The notes under the pieces: generated by a model | Databases searched by the model: none | Seen by the model: only the letters and a program-made list of their open reading frames with translations | Told to the model about the DNA's origin: nothing | From: Burkholderiales bacterium | GTDB lineage: Bacteria > Pseudomonadota > Gammaproteobacteria > Burkholderiales > SG8-39 | Direction: 5' to 3' | Length of the DNA stretch: 64,000 bases | NCBI GenBank assembly: GCA_026416295.1 | Contig: JAOAFL010000016.1 | Coordinates: 373-64,372, forward strand | In this document: one piece after another, positions 9,308-18,019 of the stretch | Numbering within the stretch: the first letter of the stretch is position 1 | Layout of the letters: each line of letters begins with the position of its first letter | Made by a program: the position numbers and the translations under genes

Positions 9308-10164
9308 GCGTTTTCGGACTCCCCAGGATTGCGCTCCGGACGGCGGTGGATCGCGTAGCCGCCCGGCGTGTCGCGAAACGGCTGAACGAGCAGGCGATCG
9401 AGGCGCAGGTCCTCGCGGGCGCGAAACGCATCCACGCCAAGCGTCATCTGCTCGTGCCCGGCCGCCGGAGCCGCCCGATAGGTGCCGAACAGCCGGTCCC
9501 ACCAAGGCAGGTTGAAGCCGAAGTTGCTGTTCGTCTCGTTGCAGGCGATCGAGTGGTGCACTCGGTGCATGTCGGGAGTGACGACGATGAGCCGCAGCCA
9601 GGGCTCAAGCGCGCCCGGAATGCGCACGTTGGCGTGGTTGAATACCGAGGTGGCATTGAGCAGGATCTCGAAGACGAGCACCGCAACCGCGGGGGCGCCG
9701 ATCGCGGCGACCGCGGCGCACTTCACCCCGGCCGAGATCAGGATCTCGAACGGATGAAAGCGCGTGCCGGTGGTCGCATCTACATCGAGGTCGCTGTGGT
9801 GCACCCGGTGCAGCCGCCAGAGCGCGGGCACCGCGTGGAACATCACATGCTGCGCCCAGATCGCGAGGTCGAGCAGTGCCACCGCGACCGGCAGGGCGAT
9901 CCAGGCGGGAATCGCAAGCGCGTTCAGCAACCCCCAGCCGCGCGCTTCGGCGGCGAGCGCCACCGCGATCGCCGCCCCCGGCGCAAGCAGCCTGAGCAGG
10001 GCCACATCCAGCGCAAGCAGCCCGAGGTTGTGCGGCCAGCGCGCGCGGCGCGCGAACGCGCGCTGCCGGCGCGGTGCGGCCGCTTCCCATAGCGCGACCG
10101 CCGCAAAGACGGCGACAAACGCCGCCAGGCGCAGCGCGGCCTCGAACTCGGTCGAAAACGGCAT
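9304..10164 (-). CDS. Sterol desaturase / fatty acid hydroxylase family protein
   Basis: His boxes QHVMFH, LHRVHHSD, FNHAN, MHRVHHS, plus NSNFGFNLPWWDRLFGTY. Confidence 0.88.
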   Translation of the reverse strand: MPFSTEFEAALRLAAFVAVFAAVALWEAAAPRRQRAFARRARWPHNLGLLALDVALLRLLAPGAAIAVALAAEARGWGLLNALAIPAWIALPVAVALLDLAIWAQHVMFHAVPALWRLHRVHHSDLDVDATTGTRFHPFEILISAGVKCAAVAAIGAPAVAVLVFEILLNATSVFNHANVRIPGALEPWLRLIVVTPDMHRVHHSIACNETNSNFGFNLPWWDRLFGTYRAAPAAGHEQMTLGVDAFRAREDLRLDRLLVQPFRDTPGGYAIHRRPERNPGESENA

Positions 10165-10460
10165 GCGGCCACTGTTCAACCAGCCGGTCGAATCGTCGAA
10201 TCGGGCGCGCAGCGATGTCAAGCGAACCGGTCAGGCAGCGCCGATACGAGGGCGCGTGGGGCGGCGCCTGCAAGCGCCGCGCGGCTCGCGCGCGATTTCC
10301 TCGCGCACCGGGGGACGCGCTCGAGCCGGCGCCGCCGCGGCTTTCGCACCCGCAGGCTTGGGTACGGCTTTCCGATATGGCTCGCTACCGGCCTGCCAGT
10401 GTAGCGCTGAGGCGCCTTTGCCCGCCGCGGCGGACGCTGCCCGAGCGGCTCGGATGCCTG

Positions 10461-10793
10461 TTACCCCGGCGGCTGAAGCACTATGATCGCGGTGCCGGCG
10501 AGGGCGACGGCGACGCCTGCGGCGTCCCAGACGGTCGGCCGGATGCCTTCGATCGTCCACAGCCACGCGATCGCGATCGCGATGTAGACCGCGCCATAGG
10601 CGGCGTACGTGCGACCGGCGGCCGCAGGATAGAGGGTAAGCAGATACGCAAAGAGCGCAAGGCACGCCGCCGCGGGGACGAGCAACCAGGCACTTTTCCC
10701 CTGCCGCAGCCACAGGTATACGAAATAGCAGCCTGCGATCTCGGCGATCGCGGTGACGGTGAAAAGCCCTGCGGCGAACGCGAGCCCCCTCAT
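10461..10793 (-). CDS. ynfA: YnfA family small multidrug-resistance-type membrane protein
   Basis: [10 protein letters not shown] and [13 protein letters not shown] motifs, 110 aa with 4 TM. ATG overlaps the cadR stop. Confidence 0.88.
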   Translation of the reverse strand: MRGLAFAAGLFTVTAIAEIAGCYFVYLWLRQGKSAWLLVPAAACLALFAYLLTLYPAAAGRTYAAYGAVYIAIAIAWLWTIEGIRPTVWDAAGVAVALAGTAIIVLQPPG

Positions 10794-11224
10794 CGGGCGC
10801 CCTCGACGTGGCAGGCGCAGGCCTCGCCCTGCGCCGCGTGAATCAGCTCCTGCAGAATCCCGCAACCGGCGATGCGCTGGCCGTTCGCGCACTGGGCGCG
10901 CAGCGCCTCGAGCTGCTGCTCCAGGCGCTCGAGCGCCTGCCGACGTGCCCGCACACGCGCAAGGTGCGCCTCCACCAGCTGGTTCACCTCGTCGCAGGCG
11001 ACACTCGCCTCGCGCGCGAGCGCGAGCACCCGCCGGATATCGGCGAGCGCCATGTCGAGCGAGCGGCAGTGGCGAACGAACCGCAGCCGCTCGAGGTGCG
11101 CCGGGCCGTAGGCGCGATAGCCCGAGGGCGTTCGCGCGGGAGCATCGAGCAGCCCCTCGCGCTCGTAGTAGCGCACCGTCTGCACGTCCACGCCCGCCCG
11201 GCGGGCGAGTTCACCGATCCGCAT
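10790..11224 (-). CDS. cadR: Cd(II)/Pb(II)-responsive MerR family regulator
   Basis: MRIGELA...[21 protein letters not shown], metal-binding Cys residues, C-terminal GEACACH. Confidence 0.88.
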   Translation of the reverse strand: MRIGELARRAGVDVQTVRYYEREGLLDAPARTPSGYRAYGPAHLERLRFVRHCRSLDMALADIRRVLALAREASVACDEVNQLVEAHLARVRARRQALERLEQQLEALRAQCANGQRIAGCGILQELIHAAQGEACACHVEGAR

Positions 11225-11241
11225 ACGCGTCCTCCGAAGGC

Positions 11242-11272
11242 TTGACTTTATACCGGCTACAGGGCCTGCAAT
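11242..11272 (+). promoter_or_regulatory. MerR-type promoter with 19-bp spacer and CadR/PbrR-like operator
   Basis: TTGACT (11242-47), 19 nt spacer, TGCAAT (11267-72). Imperfect dyad ACTTTATAC-CGG-CTACAGGGC. Confidence 0.8.
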
Positions 11273-11279
11273 GCGGGCG

Positions 11280-11909
11280 ATGAGCGACGCCTGTTGCGAT
11301 GTCCCTGACCCGGGCGCCTCGGGGCGGCACTACCGGCGCATCCTCTGGATCGCCCTGCTCGCGAACGCGACGATGTTCTTCGTCGAGCTTGCGGCGAGCC
11401 TGCACTCGGGTTCCTCGGCGCTCGCGGCCGACGCCGTGGACTTCCTCGGCGACGCCGGAAATTACGGGGCGAGCCTTGCGGCGCTCGCGGCAGGCGGCGC
11501 CTGGGTGAGCCGCGTCGCGCTCGCCAAGGGCGTCGCGATGATCGCCTTTGGCGCCGGCGCGCTCGGCTACGCAGCGGCTCGCGCGCTCTCGGGCGCACCG
11601 CCCGAGCCGGTGACGATGGGCACGGTGGCGCTCGCCGCGCTCGGTGTCAACGTCGGCGTCGCTGCGCTTCTTTTCCGCTTCCGGGGCGGCGATGCGAACA
11701 TGCGCTCGGTGTGGCTCTGCAGCCGCAACGACGCGATCGGCAACCTCGCGGTGATCGGCGCGGCCGCCGGCGTCTGGCAAACCGTTACGGTGTGGCCGGA
11801 TGTCGCGGTCGCCGCGGTCCTTGCGGCGCTCGGCCTGTCCTCGGGCCTTTCGGTCGCACGGCACGCGCGCAGGGAGCTCGCCGCCGCGCCGCCCGCGGCG
11901 CACGCGTGA
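11280..11909 (+). CDS. Cation diffusion facilitator (short CzcD/CzcE-like, no C-terminal domain)
   Basis: SSALAADAVDFLGD and DANMRSVWLCSRNDAIGN motifs, N-terminal CC. Divergent from cadR. Confidence 0.87.
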   Translation: MSDACCDVPDPGASGRHYRRILWIALLANATMFFVELAASLHSGSSALAADAVDFLGDAGNYGASLAALAAGGAWVSRVALAKGVAMIAFGAGALGYAAARALSGAPPEPVTMGTVALAALGVNVGVAALLFRFRGGDANMRSVWLCSRNDAIGNLAVIGAAAGVWQTVTVWPDVAVAAVLAALGLSSGLSVARHARRELAAAPPAAHA

Positions 11910-12024
11910 AGCTTCGCGAGCTCTGAGTGTTCTGCAGCGACGGCAGCGTCCGCTCGCTGCCGGTGCAAGCGCAATCGGCTGAGCGTGCGCGATCCCGCAC
12001 CTCGGTCGGACGGCGCGGGCTAGG

Positions 12025-12489
12025 ATGGCGAGCACGATGGCGAACACCGCCTCTTCCTCGCAGAAGCCGCAGGCGGCATTGGCGGGCGAGATCGCTCGCC
12101 GCATCGCAGCCGTGCTCGCCGAGCGGCCGGAAGTGCTCGAAGCGTATCTGTTCGGCTCGCAGGGCACCGGGCGCGCGCAGGCGCACAGCGACGTGGACGT
12201 CGCGGTGTATCTCGACGAATCGGTGCCGGGCGCAAGCGGTTGGGGGCGCGCCGCAGAGCTCGCAAGCCTCGTCATGTCCGCGCTCGGGCGAAACGACGTG
12301 GATGTGGTGGTGCTCAACCGCGCCCCGCCGCTCCTTTACCACCGGGTGCTGCGCGACGGCGTGCGCGTCTTCTCGCGCGACCTGCGCGCGACCACCACCC
12401 GCGAAGGCTATGCGCTTTCGCGCTATTGCGATTTCGTCCCGCAGCTTGCGAAGGCGCGCGAGGCCCGACGCAGGGCACAGGGCCGATGA
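12025..12489 (+). CDS. Minimal nucleotidyltransferase (MntA-type antitoxin)
   Basis: LFGSQGTGRAQAHSDVDVAV (GS-x10-DxD) and VDVVVLN; followed by a HEPN gene. Confidence 0.85.
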   Translation: MASTMANTASSSQKPQAALAGEIARRIAAVLAERPEVLEAYLFGSQGTGRAQAHSDVDVAVYLDESVPGASGWGRAAELASLVMSALGRNDVDVVVLNRAPPLLYHRVLRDGVRVFSRDLRATTTREGYALSRYCDFVPQLAKAREARRRAQGR

Positions 12490-12919
12490 CCCAGGGCCGC
12501 CCCGACCCGCAGGTGCTGCGCAGGCATCTGGCGGCGTTGCGCGAGGCGCTTTCGCACCTTGGCCGCTATGGCGGGCGCACCGCGGCGGAGCTGCGCGCCG
12601 ACACCGGTCTGCGCTGAACGATCGGGCGGGGACTGCAGCTCGCCGTCCAGAACGTGTCGACATCGCGACGCATGTCGCCGCGGCGCAGGGACGCGATGCG
12701 CCCGATTACGCGAGCGCGATCGATCGCCTCGCCGAGGCGGGCGCGGTCGAGCCGGCGCTCGCAGCGCGGCTGCGCCCGATCGCAGGATTCCGCAAGGTGC
12801 TGGTGCACGGGTATCTGGGCGTGGACCTCGCGATCGTCGCAAAGGTGCTCGCCTACGATCTCGCCGATCTCGAGGCGTTCGCGGCGCAGGTCGAGTCGTA
12901 TCTGGAGCAAGTGCGCTGA
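12486..12919 (+). pseudogene. HEPN/DUF86 (HepT-type) toxin, disrupted
   Basis: In-frame TGA at 12615-17 (LR*TIGRGLQL, where homologs read roughly LRWxxERGLQL). 1-nt frameshift near 12656 (NV/DIATH). R-x4-H motif reads RKVLVH. Confidence 0.8.
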
Positions 12920-12963
12920 GCCGCTGCGCTCGGACCGCGCGGCCGCCCGCCGGTGTCTATCGG

Positions 12964-14325
12964 CTACGCGACGCGAAACACCGCCGCAAGTCCCGATTCC
13001 TGGTGCTCGAGCACGTGGCAGTGAAACATCCACAGCCCCGGGTTTTCGGCGACGAAGGCGATCTCGGCGCGGCTGCGCGCAAAGAGAAGCACGGTGTCGG
13101 CCCATTCTCGGCGGGGATTCGGCCGGCCGTCGCGCGAAAGTACGCGAAACACGTGGCCGTGCAGATGGATCGGGTGATGCCAGACGGTGTCGTTGACAAG
13201 CTCCAGCACCTGCGAGCTGCCGAGCGGAAGCGACAGTAGCGGCTCGTGCGCGTGGCCCGAAACGGCGCGACCGTTCACCGTCCAGGCGATGCCGCGCATG
13301 GCAAGCTCCCGGGTCAAGCCGCCCCTTGCGCCGCCACCGAAGCGAACGACGTGTCGCTCGGCGCGTGCAGGATCGGGCTCCGGCACCGGGTTCGGTGAAA
13401 GCGCCTTCGGCGCGCCGCGCGCTCGCCCCCGGGCACCGCCCTTCGCATAGTGCAGATCGAGGAGCCGATACGCCTCGCGGGGATAGAAATCGTCCACGAC
13501 GCGATACGAGCTGCCCGGCTCGCCGGTGCAGTCGAGGAGGAGGTCTGCGCGCATGCCCGGGCCGAGGACGATGCGTCCGCCCTCGGGCCGGAAAGGCTCG
13601 AGCGGATGGCCGTCGAGCGCGATCACCCACGGTTCGTGCGCCTCGAACCGCAGAGCGAAGATACGCGCGGTTGCGGCGTTGACGAGCCGCAGGCGCAGCC
13701 GTTCGCCTGCGCGCACCTCGAACGCCTCCGTCACCCGGCCGTTCACGGTCACCGTGTTTCCGATCCGGCCGGCGTGGCTCGCGTCGAAGAAGTTGCCGAA
13801 GTCTTCGCGGATACGCGCCTCGCGATCGAGCCGCCAGTCGCCGAGCATCCAGACGAGATCGCGGTCCGCTTCGGGTGGATCGCGCTCCTCGACGACGAGC
13901 GCGCCGTAGAGGCCGCGTCCGACCTGCTCGGGGCTCGCAAGATGCGGGTGATACCAGAAGGTGCCGGCATCGGGCAGGTCGAACTCGTACAGGAAGCGAC
14001 CCCCTATCGCGATCGGCGGCTGCGTGAGATGCGGAACGCCGTCCATCGGGTTCGGAAGCCTGATGCCGTGCCAGTGCACGGTGGTCTCCTGCGGCAGGCG
14101 GTTCTCGACGAGGATGCTCAAGCGCTCGCCCTGGCGGTAGCGCAGCTCCGGGCCCGGTACCGTGCCGTCATAAGCCCACACCTCGGTGTCCGGATAGCCC
14201 GAGCCCGCGATCGCCGCTCGGGCCGGTGCGGCGCGAACGAGGCGCGGCGCGCTCGCCCGCGCCGCGCGCGCACGCGGCAGTAGCGCGAGCGCCGCGCCGG
14301 CCGCGAGGAATTCCCTGCGCCGCAT
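12964..14325 (-). CDS. Tat-exported three-domain multicopper oxidase (laccase-like)
   Basis: RRREFL signal; HWHG, WYHPH, HPIHLHGH, HCHVLEH motifs. Confidence 0.92.
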   Translation of the reverse strand: MRRREFLAAGAALALLPRARAARASAPRLVRAAPARAAIAGSGYPDTEVWAYDGTVPGPELRYRQGERLSILVENRLPQETTVHWHGIRLPNPMDGVPHLTQPPIAIGGRFLYEFDLPDAGTFWYHPHLASPEQVGRGLYGALVVEERDPPEADRDLVWMLGDWRLDREARIREDFGNFFDASHAGRIGNTVTVNGRVTEAFEVRAGERLRLRLVNAATARIFALRFEAHEPWVIALDGHPLEPFRPEGGRIVLGPGMRADLLLDCTGEPGSSYRVVDDFYPREAYRLLDLHYAKGGARGRARGAPKALSPNPVPEPDPARAERHVVRFGGGARGGLTRELAMRGIAWTVNGRAVSGHAHEPLLSLPLGSSQVLELVNDTVWHHPIHLHGHVFRVLSRDGRPNPRREWADTVLLFARSRAEIAFVAENPGLWMFHCHVLEHQESGLAAVFRVA

Positions 14326-14333
14326 GATCCGCG

Positions 14334-14675
14334 CTACCTGCCCTGCACTTCGATCGCCGTCACCGTGTAGGCGCCGCCGAGCTTTTCTGCCGCAAAGCGC
14401 ACCTTGTCGCCCGGCTTCACGCGATCGAGCAGCGCCGGATCCTTCACCTGAAAGACCATCGTCATCGCCGGCATGTCGAGCGAAGCGATCGGACCGTGGC
14501 GGATCGTGAGCTTCTTCGCCTCCCTGTCCACGCGACGGATTTCGCCCTCGGCAAGCGGTGCTCCCTGCGCCTCGGCGCCGCCGCGGTGCGCGGTATGGCC
14601 CCCTTGCGTCTGTGGCTGGGCGAAGGCTGGCGCCGCGATAAGCGCGGCGAGCGCGACTGCGATTCGCGTTTTCAC
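14334..14675 (-). CDS. CusF-like periplasmic copper chaperone
   Basis: Signal peptide; TIRHGPIASLDMPAMTMVF. GTG start chosen from GAGGAGG spacing. Confidence 0.87.
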   Translation of the reverse strand: MKTRIAVALAALIAAPAFAQPQTQGGHTAHRGGAEAQGAPLAEGEIRRVDREAKKLTIRHGPIASLDMPAMTMVFQVKDPALLDRVKPGDKVRFAAEKLGGAYTVTAIEVQGR

Positions 14676-14685
14676 GTCCACCTCC

Positions 14686-15186
14686 TCACTTGACGGTGAT
14701 CCTGCCGACCATGCCGGCCTCGAAATGCCCCGGGATCAGGCAGCCGTAATGGAATTCGCCGGCGCGGGTGAACTGCCAGTGAAGCGTTGCGCTCTTTCCG
14801 GGCGCGACGTGCGCCATCCAGGGCTCGTCGTGCTCCATTGCCGGATGCTTGCGCATGAGTTCGGCGTGCGCCTTCAGCTCCTCGAGCGTGCCGAGCACCA
14901 TCTCGTGCATCTGGCGCCCGGAGTTTCTCACCACGAACTTCACGTTCTCGCCGCGGCGGAATTCGAGCGTCGCCGGAACGAAGCGCATCGTGTCGAGCAT
15001 CTCGATCTTCACCGAGCGCGCGGGCTTCTTCGGATCGCCCGGCCGTCCGAAGGGCTTTTCCTCGTCGGCCTGCGCGGCCCTGTGGCCGCTTTTCTTTCCG
15101 TGCGCTGGCTCGCCATGGGCGAGCGCCGCAGGCGCGGCGGCGGCAATGAACACTGCGAGCAACACTTTTGCGCGCTGCATGGACAT
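14686..15186 (-). CDS. Periplasmic cupredoxin (CopI-like)
   Basis: Signal peptide, His-rich N-terminus, HEMVLG, MEHDEP, type-1 Cu site CLIPGHFEAGM. Confidence 0.87.
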   Translation of the reverse strand: MSMQRAKVLLAVFIAAAAPAALAHGEPAHGKKSGHRAAQADEEKPFGRPGDPKKPARSVKIEMLDTMRFVPATLEFRRGENVKFVVRNSGRQMHEMVLGTLEELKAHAELMRKHPAMEHDEPWMAHVAPGKSATLHWQFTRAGEFHYGCLIPGHFEAGMVGRITVK

Positions 15187-15197
15187 CGGACCTCCTT

Positions 15198-16598
15198 TTA
15201 ATGGTTGTGGCCGCCCGCCGGCTTGCGGGCGCGCAGAATCCGTCCGGCGGCGGCTCGCTCCGGTGCTTCGGCCGCGGGCACTCCCCCGTCGCGTTCGGCA
15301 AGCGGCGGCGCGCCGGTCCATTCGTACGCCACGGTGCCGGGCGGATGCCGGTACCAGCCGGGGTCGCGGTAGTCGTCGCGCGCAAGCCCCTCGCGCACCT
15401 TGACGACGCTGAACATGCCGCCCATCTCAAGCGGCCCGAAGGGCCCGGTGCCGGTCATCATCGGCAGCGTGTTCTCCGGAAGCGGCATCTCCATCTCGCC
15501 CATGTCGGCCATGCCGCGCTCGCCCATCACCATGTAGTCGGGAACGAGGCGCAGGATCTTCTCGGCCAGACCGCGCTGGTCCACGCCGATCATGGTGGGC
15601 ACGTCGTGCCCCATCGGGTTCATGACGTGGTGCGACTTGTGGCAGTGGATCGCCCAGTCGCCGGGCGCATCCGCCACGAACTCGATCGCGCGCATCTGGC
15701 CGACCGCCACATCCACCGTCGTCTCCGGCCAGCGCGCGCTCTTCGGTACCCAGCCGCCGTCGGTGCCGGTCACCTCGAACTCGTGGCCGTGCAGGTGGAT
15801 CGGGTGGTTGGTCATCGTGAGGTTGCCGATGCGGATGCGCACCCGGTCACCGCGGCGAACGACGAACGGGTCGATGCCGGGAAAGACGCGCGAGTTCCAC
15901 GCCCAGAGGTTGAAGTCGAGCATGGTGGCGACGCGCGGGGTGTAGGCGCCCGGCTCGATGTGGAACGCGTTGATGAGGAAGACGAAGTCGCGGTCGACGC
16001 GCATCACGGCCGGATTCTTCGGGTGCACGACGATGAAGCCCATCATGCCCATTGCCATTTGCACCATTTCGTCCGCGTGCGGGTGGTACATGAAGGTGCC
16101 CGACTTCCGCATCTCGAACTCGTACACGAAGGTCTTGCCGGCCGGGATGTGCGGCTGAGTGAGCCCGCCGACCCCGTCCATGCCGTTCGGAAGCAGCACG
16201 CCGTGCCAGTGGATCGTGGTGTGCTCCGGAAGCCGATTGGTGACGAAGATCCTCAGGCGATCGCCCTCGACGCACTCGATCGTGGGGCCCGGCGACTGGC
16301 CGTTGTAGCCCCAGAGGTTCGCCTTCATGCCGGGGGCGAGTTCGCGCACCACCGGTTCGGCGACGAGGTGAAACTCCTTCCAGCCGTCCTTCATGCGCCA
16401 GGGAAGCGTCCAGCCGTTCAACGTCACGACCGGCTGGTACGGCCGGCCGTTCGGCGGCGCAAGCGGCGGCTGCGTGCCGGGGCTCGCCATGCTCGGAGCT
16501 TCGGGAAGCGCAGCGAGCGCCGCGCGCGAGACGAGCGAAGCGCCGAAGAAGCCCGCGGCGGCGCCCGCGCCGCGGAGGAAAGCTCTGCGCGACGTCAT
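15198..16598 (-). CDS. Tat-exported two-domain multicopper oxidase with Met-rich C-terminal extension
   Basis: SRRAFL signal; HWHG, MYHPH, HPIHLHGH, HCHKSHHVMNPM; Met-rich tail. Confidence 0.88.
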   Translation of the reverse strand: MTSRRAFLRGAGAAAGFFGASLVSRAALAALPEAPSMASPGTQPPLAPPNGRPYQPVVTLNGWTLPWRMKDGWKEFHLVAEPVVRELAPGMKANLWGYNGQSPGPTIECVEGDRLRIFVTNRLPEHTTIHWHGVLLPNGMDGVGGLTQPHIPAGKTFVYEFEMRKSGTFMYHPHADEMVQMAMGMMGFIVVHPKNPAVMRVDRDFVFLINAFHIEPGAYTPRVATMLDFNLWAWNSRVFPGIDPFVVRRGDRVRIRIGNLTMTNHPIHLHGHEFEVTGTDGGWVPKSARWPETTVDVAVGQMRAIEFVADAPGDWAIHCHKSHHVMNPMGHDVPTMIGVDQRGLAEKILRLVPDYMVMGERGMADMGEMEMPLPENTLPMMTGTGPFGPLEMGGMFSVVKVREGLARDDYRDPGWYRHPPGTVAYEWTGAPPLAERDGGVPAAEAPERAAAGRILRARKPAGGHNH

Positions 16599-16609
16599 CG
16601 CCCGTCTCC

Positions 16610-18019
16610 TCAGTGTCCGGCTTCGCCGTCCGGTGCGCCGCGGGGCGCGGGCGACGCCGCGCGCGGCTCGCTTCGCACGCGGATCGAAAGGGTCGCATCG
16701 AGTTCGGCCTCGGCCAGCCAGAAATCGCGTTTCGCCTCGAGCGCGGCCTTGACCGCAGCGATCTGCCCGCGCGCATCGGAAAGGAGTTCGAACACGCTCG
16801 CGAGCATGCCGTTGTAGCGAAGGAGCACTTCCTCGGAGATCCGTTTTCTGAGCGGCACCAGCTCGTCGCGGTAGTGGCGCGCAAGGTCCCAGGCGCTGCG
16901 ATAGGCGCCGTAGGCTTCGCGCACCTCGGAGCGCGCCTGGATCGCGACATCCGCCAGCCGCTCGGCCGCCTGGCGGTACTGCGCCTCGGCCCGCGCGACG
17001 CGCGCCTTTCCCCAGTCGAAGATCGGGATCTCGAGCGCAAGCACATGGCCGTACGCGAACGGATCGTGGCCCTCCCTGGTGCGCGCGCGGCTGAATTCGA
17101 ACGCGCTCACAAGGCGCGTCGCCCCGGAAAGGCCGAGCGCCTCGGCAAGCCACTCCAGTTCCCGACGCGCGGCCCGGATGTCGAGCCTTTGCTCGATCGC
17201 GCGCCGCTCGAGGTCCTCCGACGACCGCGGCGTCTCCGGCAGATCGGGAAGCCGCTCGGGCAGGCGAAACGCGAGGTCTTCGCCCCACAGGCCAAGCACC
17301 CGGGCAAGGCGCTCGCGCCCGGCGCTCGCCGCATGCCTTGCGCGCGCAAGGTTTGCGGCGGCTTCGGCGTAGAACGCCTGCTCGCGCATGTGGGCGAGCT
17401 TCGGGAGATTGCCCGCCGCCGCCATGCGGCGCGCAAGCTCCGCCGCCGCTTCGGCCGAGTCGCGGACTCGCTCCGCATGGCGAAGCGTCTCCTCGGCAGC
17501 GACCGCGGCGATCCACGTGCGGCGCGCCTCGAGCGCGACGCGAAACACCTGCGCGGCGACCTCGGCTTGCACGCGCTCGAAGCGGCGCGCCTCCATCCTC
17601 TTGCGAAGCGGCACCAGCAGCAAGCCGAGGATGTCGAAGCCGAAGCTTTCCTCGACCTTGGAAACCTCGCCGCCGTAGGTGGTGCGTAGCGCGTGGAGCC
17701 GCAGGTTCGGGCCGCTTGTCGCCTGAACGAGGTCGGCCTCGGCGATGCCGAGTTCGGCGTAGGTCGCCTGAAGCGCCGGGCTGTTGAGAAGCGCGATTCG
17801 CACCGCGTCCTCCGCCGAAAGCGGCCGGGAAAGCAGCTCGCGCACCGCCGCGCGCACGCTCTGCGCGTCTTCGTCCGTCCTCTGCCAGCGAAGCTCGACG
17901 CCGAGCCGCTCGCGGGCGAGTTCCTGCACGGGGCCGAAACCGCCGTCTTCGGAAAAGCTCGCGCAGCCGGCGAGCGCGAGCGCCGTCGCCGAGGCCGCGG
18001 TCCTCGCTCGCCATCTCAT
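16610..18019 (-). CDS. TolC/CusC-like outer-membrane channel lipoprotein
   Basis: Lipobox LAGC, AVRIALLNSPALQA, LEIPIFDWG, two OEP-like helical repeats. Confidence 0.87.
   Translation of the reverse strand: MRWRARTAASATALALAGCASFSEDGGFGPVQELARERLGVELRWQRTDEDAQSVRAAVRELLSRPLSAEDAVRIALLNSPALQATYAELGIAEADLVQATSGPNLRLHALRTTYGGEVSKVEESFGFDILGLLLVPLRKRMEARRFERVQAEVAAQVFRVALEARRTWIAAVAAEETLRHAERVRDSAEAAAELARRMAAAGNLPKLAHMREQAFYAEAAANLARARHAASAGRERLARVLGLWGEDLAFRLPERLPDLPETPRSSEDLERRAIEQRLDIRAARRELEWLAEALGLSGATRLVSAFEFSRARTREGHDPFAYGHVLALEIPIFDWGKARVARAEAQYRQAAERLADVAIQARSEVREAYGAYRSAWDLARHYRDELVPLRKRISEEVLLRYNGMLASVFELLSDARGQIAAVKAALEAKRDFWLAEAELDATLSIRVRSEPRAASPAPRGAPDGEAGH

Noticed and set aside
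10165-10460. Riboswitch or small ORF in the ~300-bp gap between the desaturase and ynfA
   Set aside because: GC-rich stems with GAAA loops are present but I recognise no riboswitch consensus, and the ORFs are low-complexity. An Rfam scan is needed to exclude it.
12615-12617. TGA recoding (Sec/Trp readthrough) in the HEPN gene
   Set aside because: An additional frameshift and an active-site change indicate decay. TGA is the normal stop elsewhere in the window.
14440-14510. CusF Trp->Met substitution in the metal site
   Set aside because: This is a common natural variant of the CusF family, not novel.
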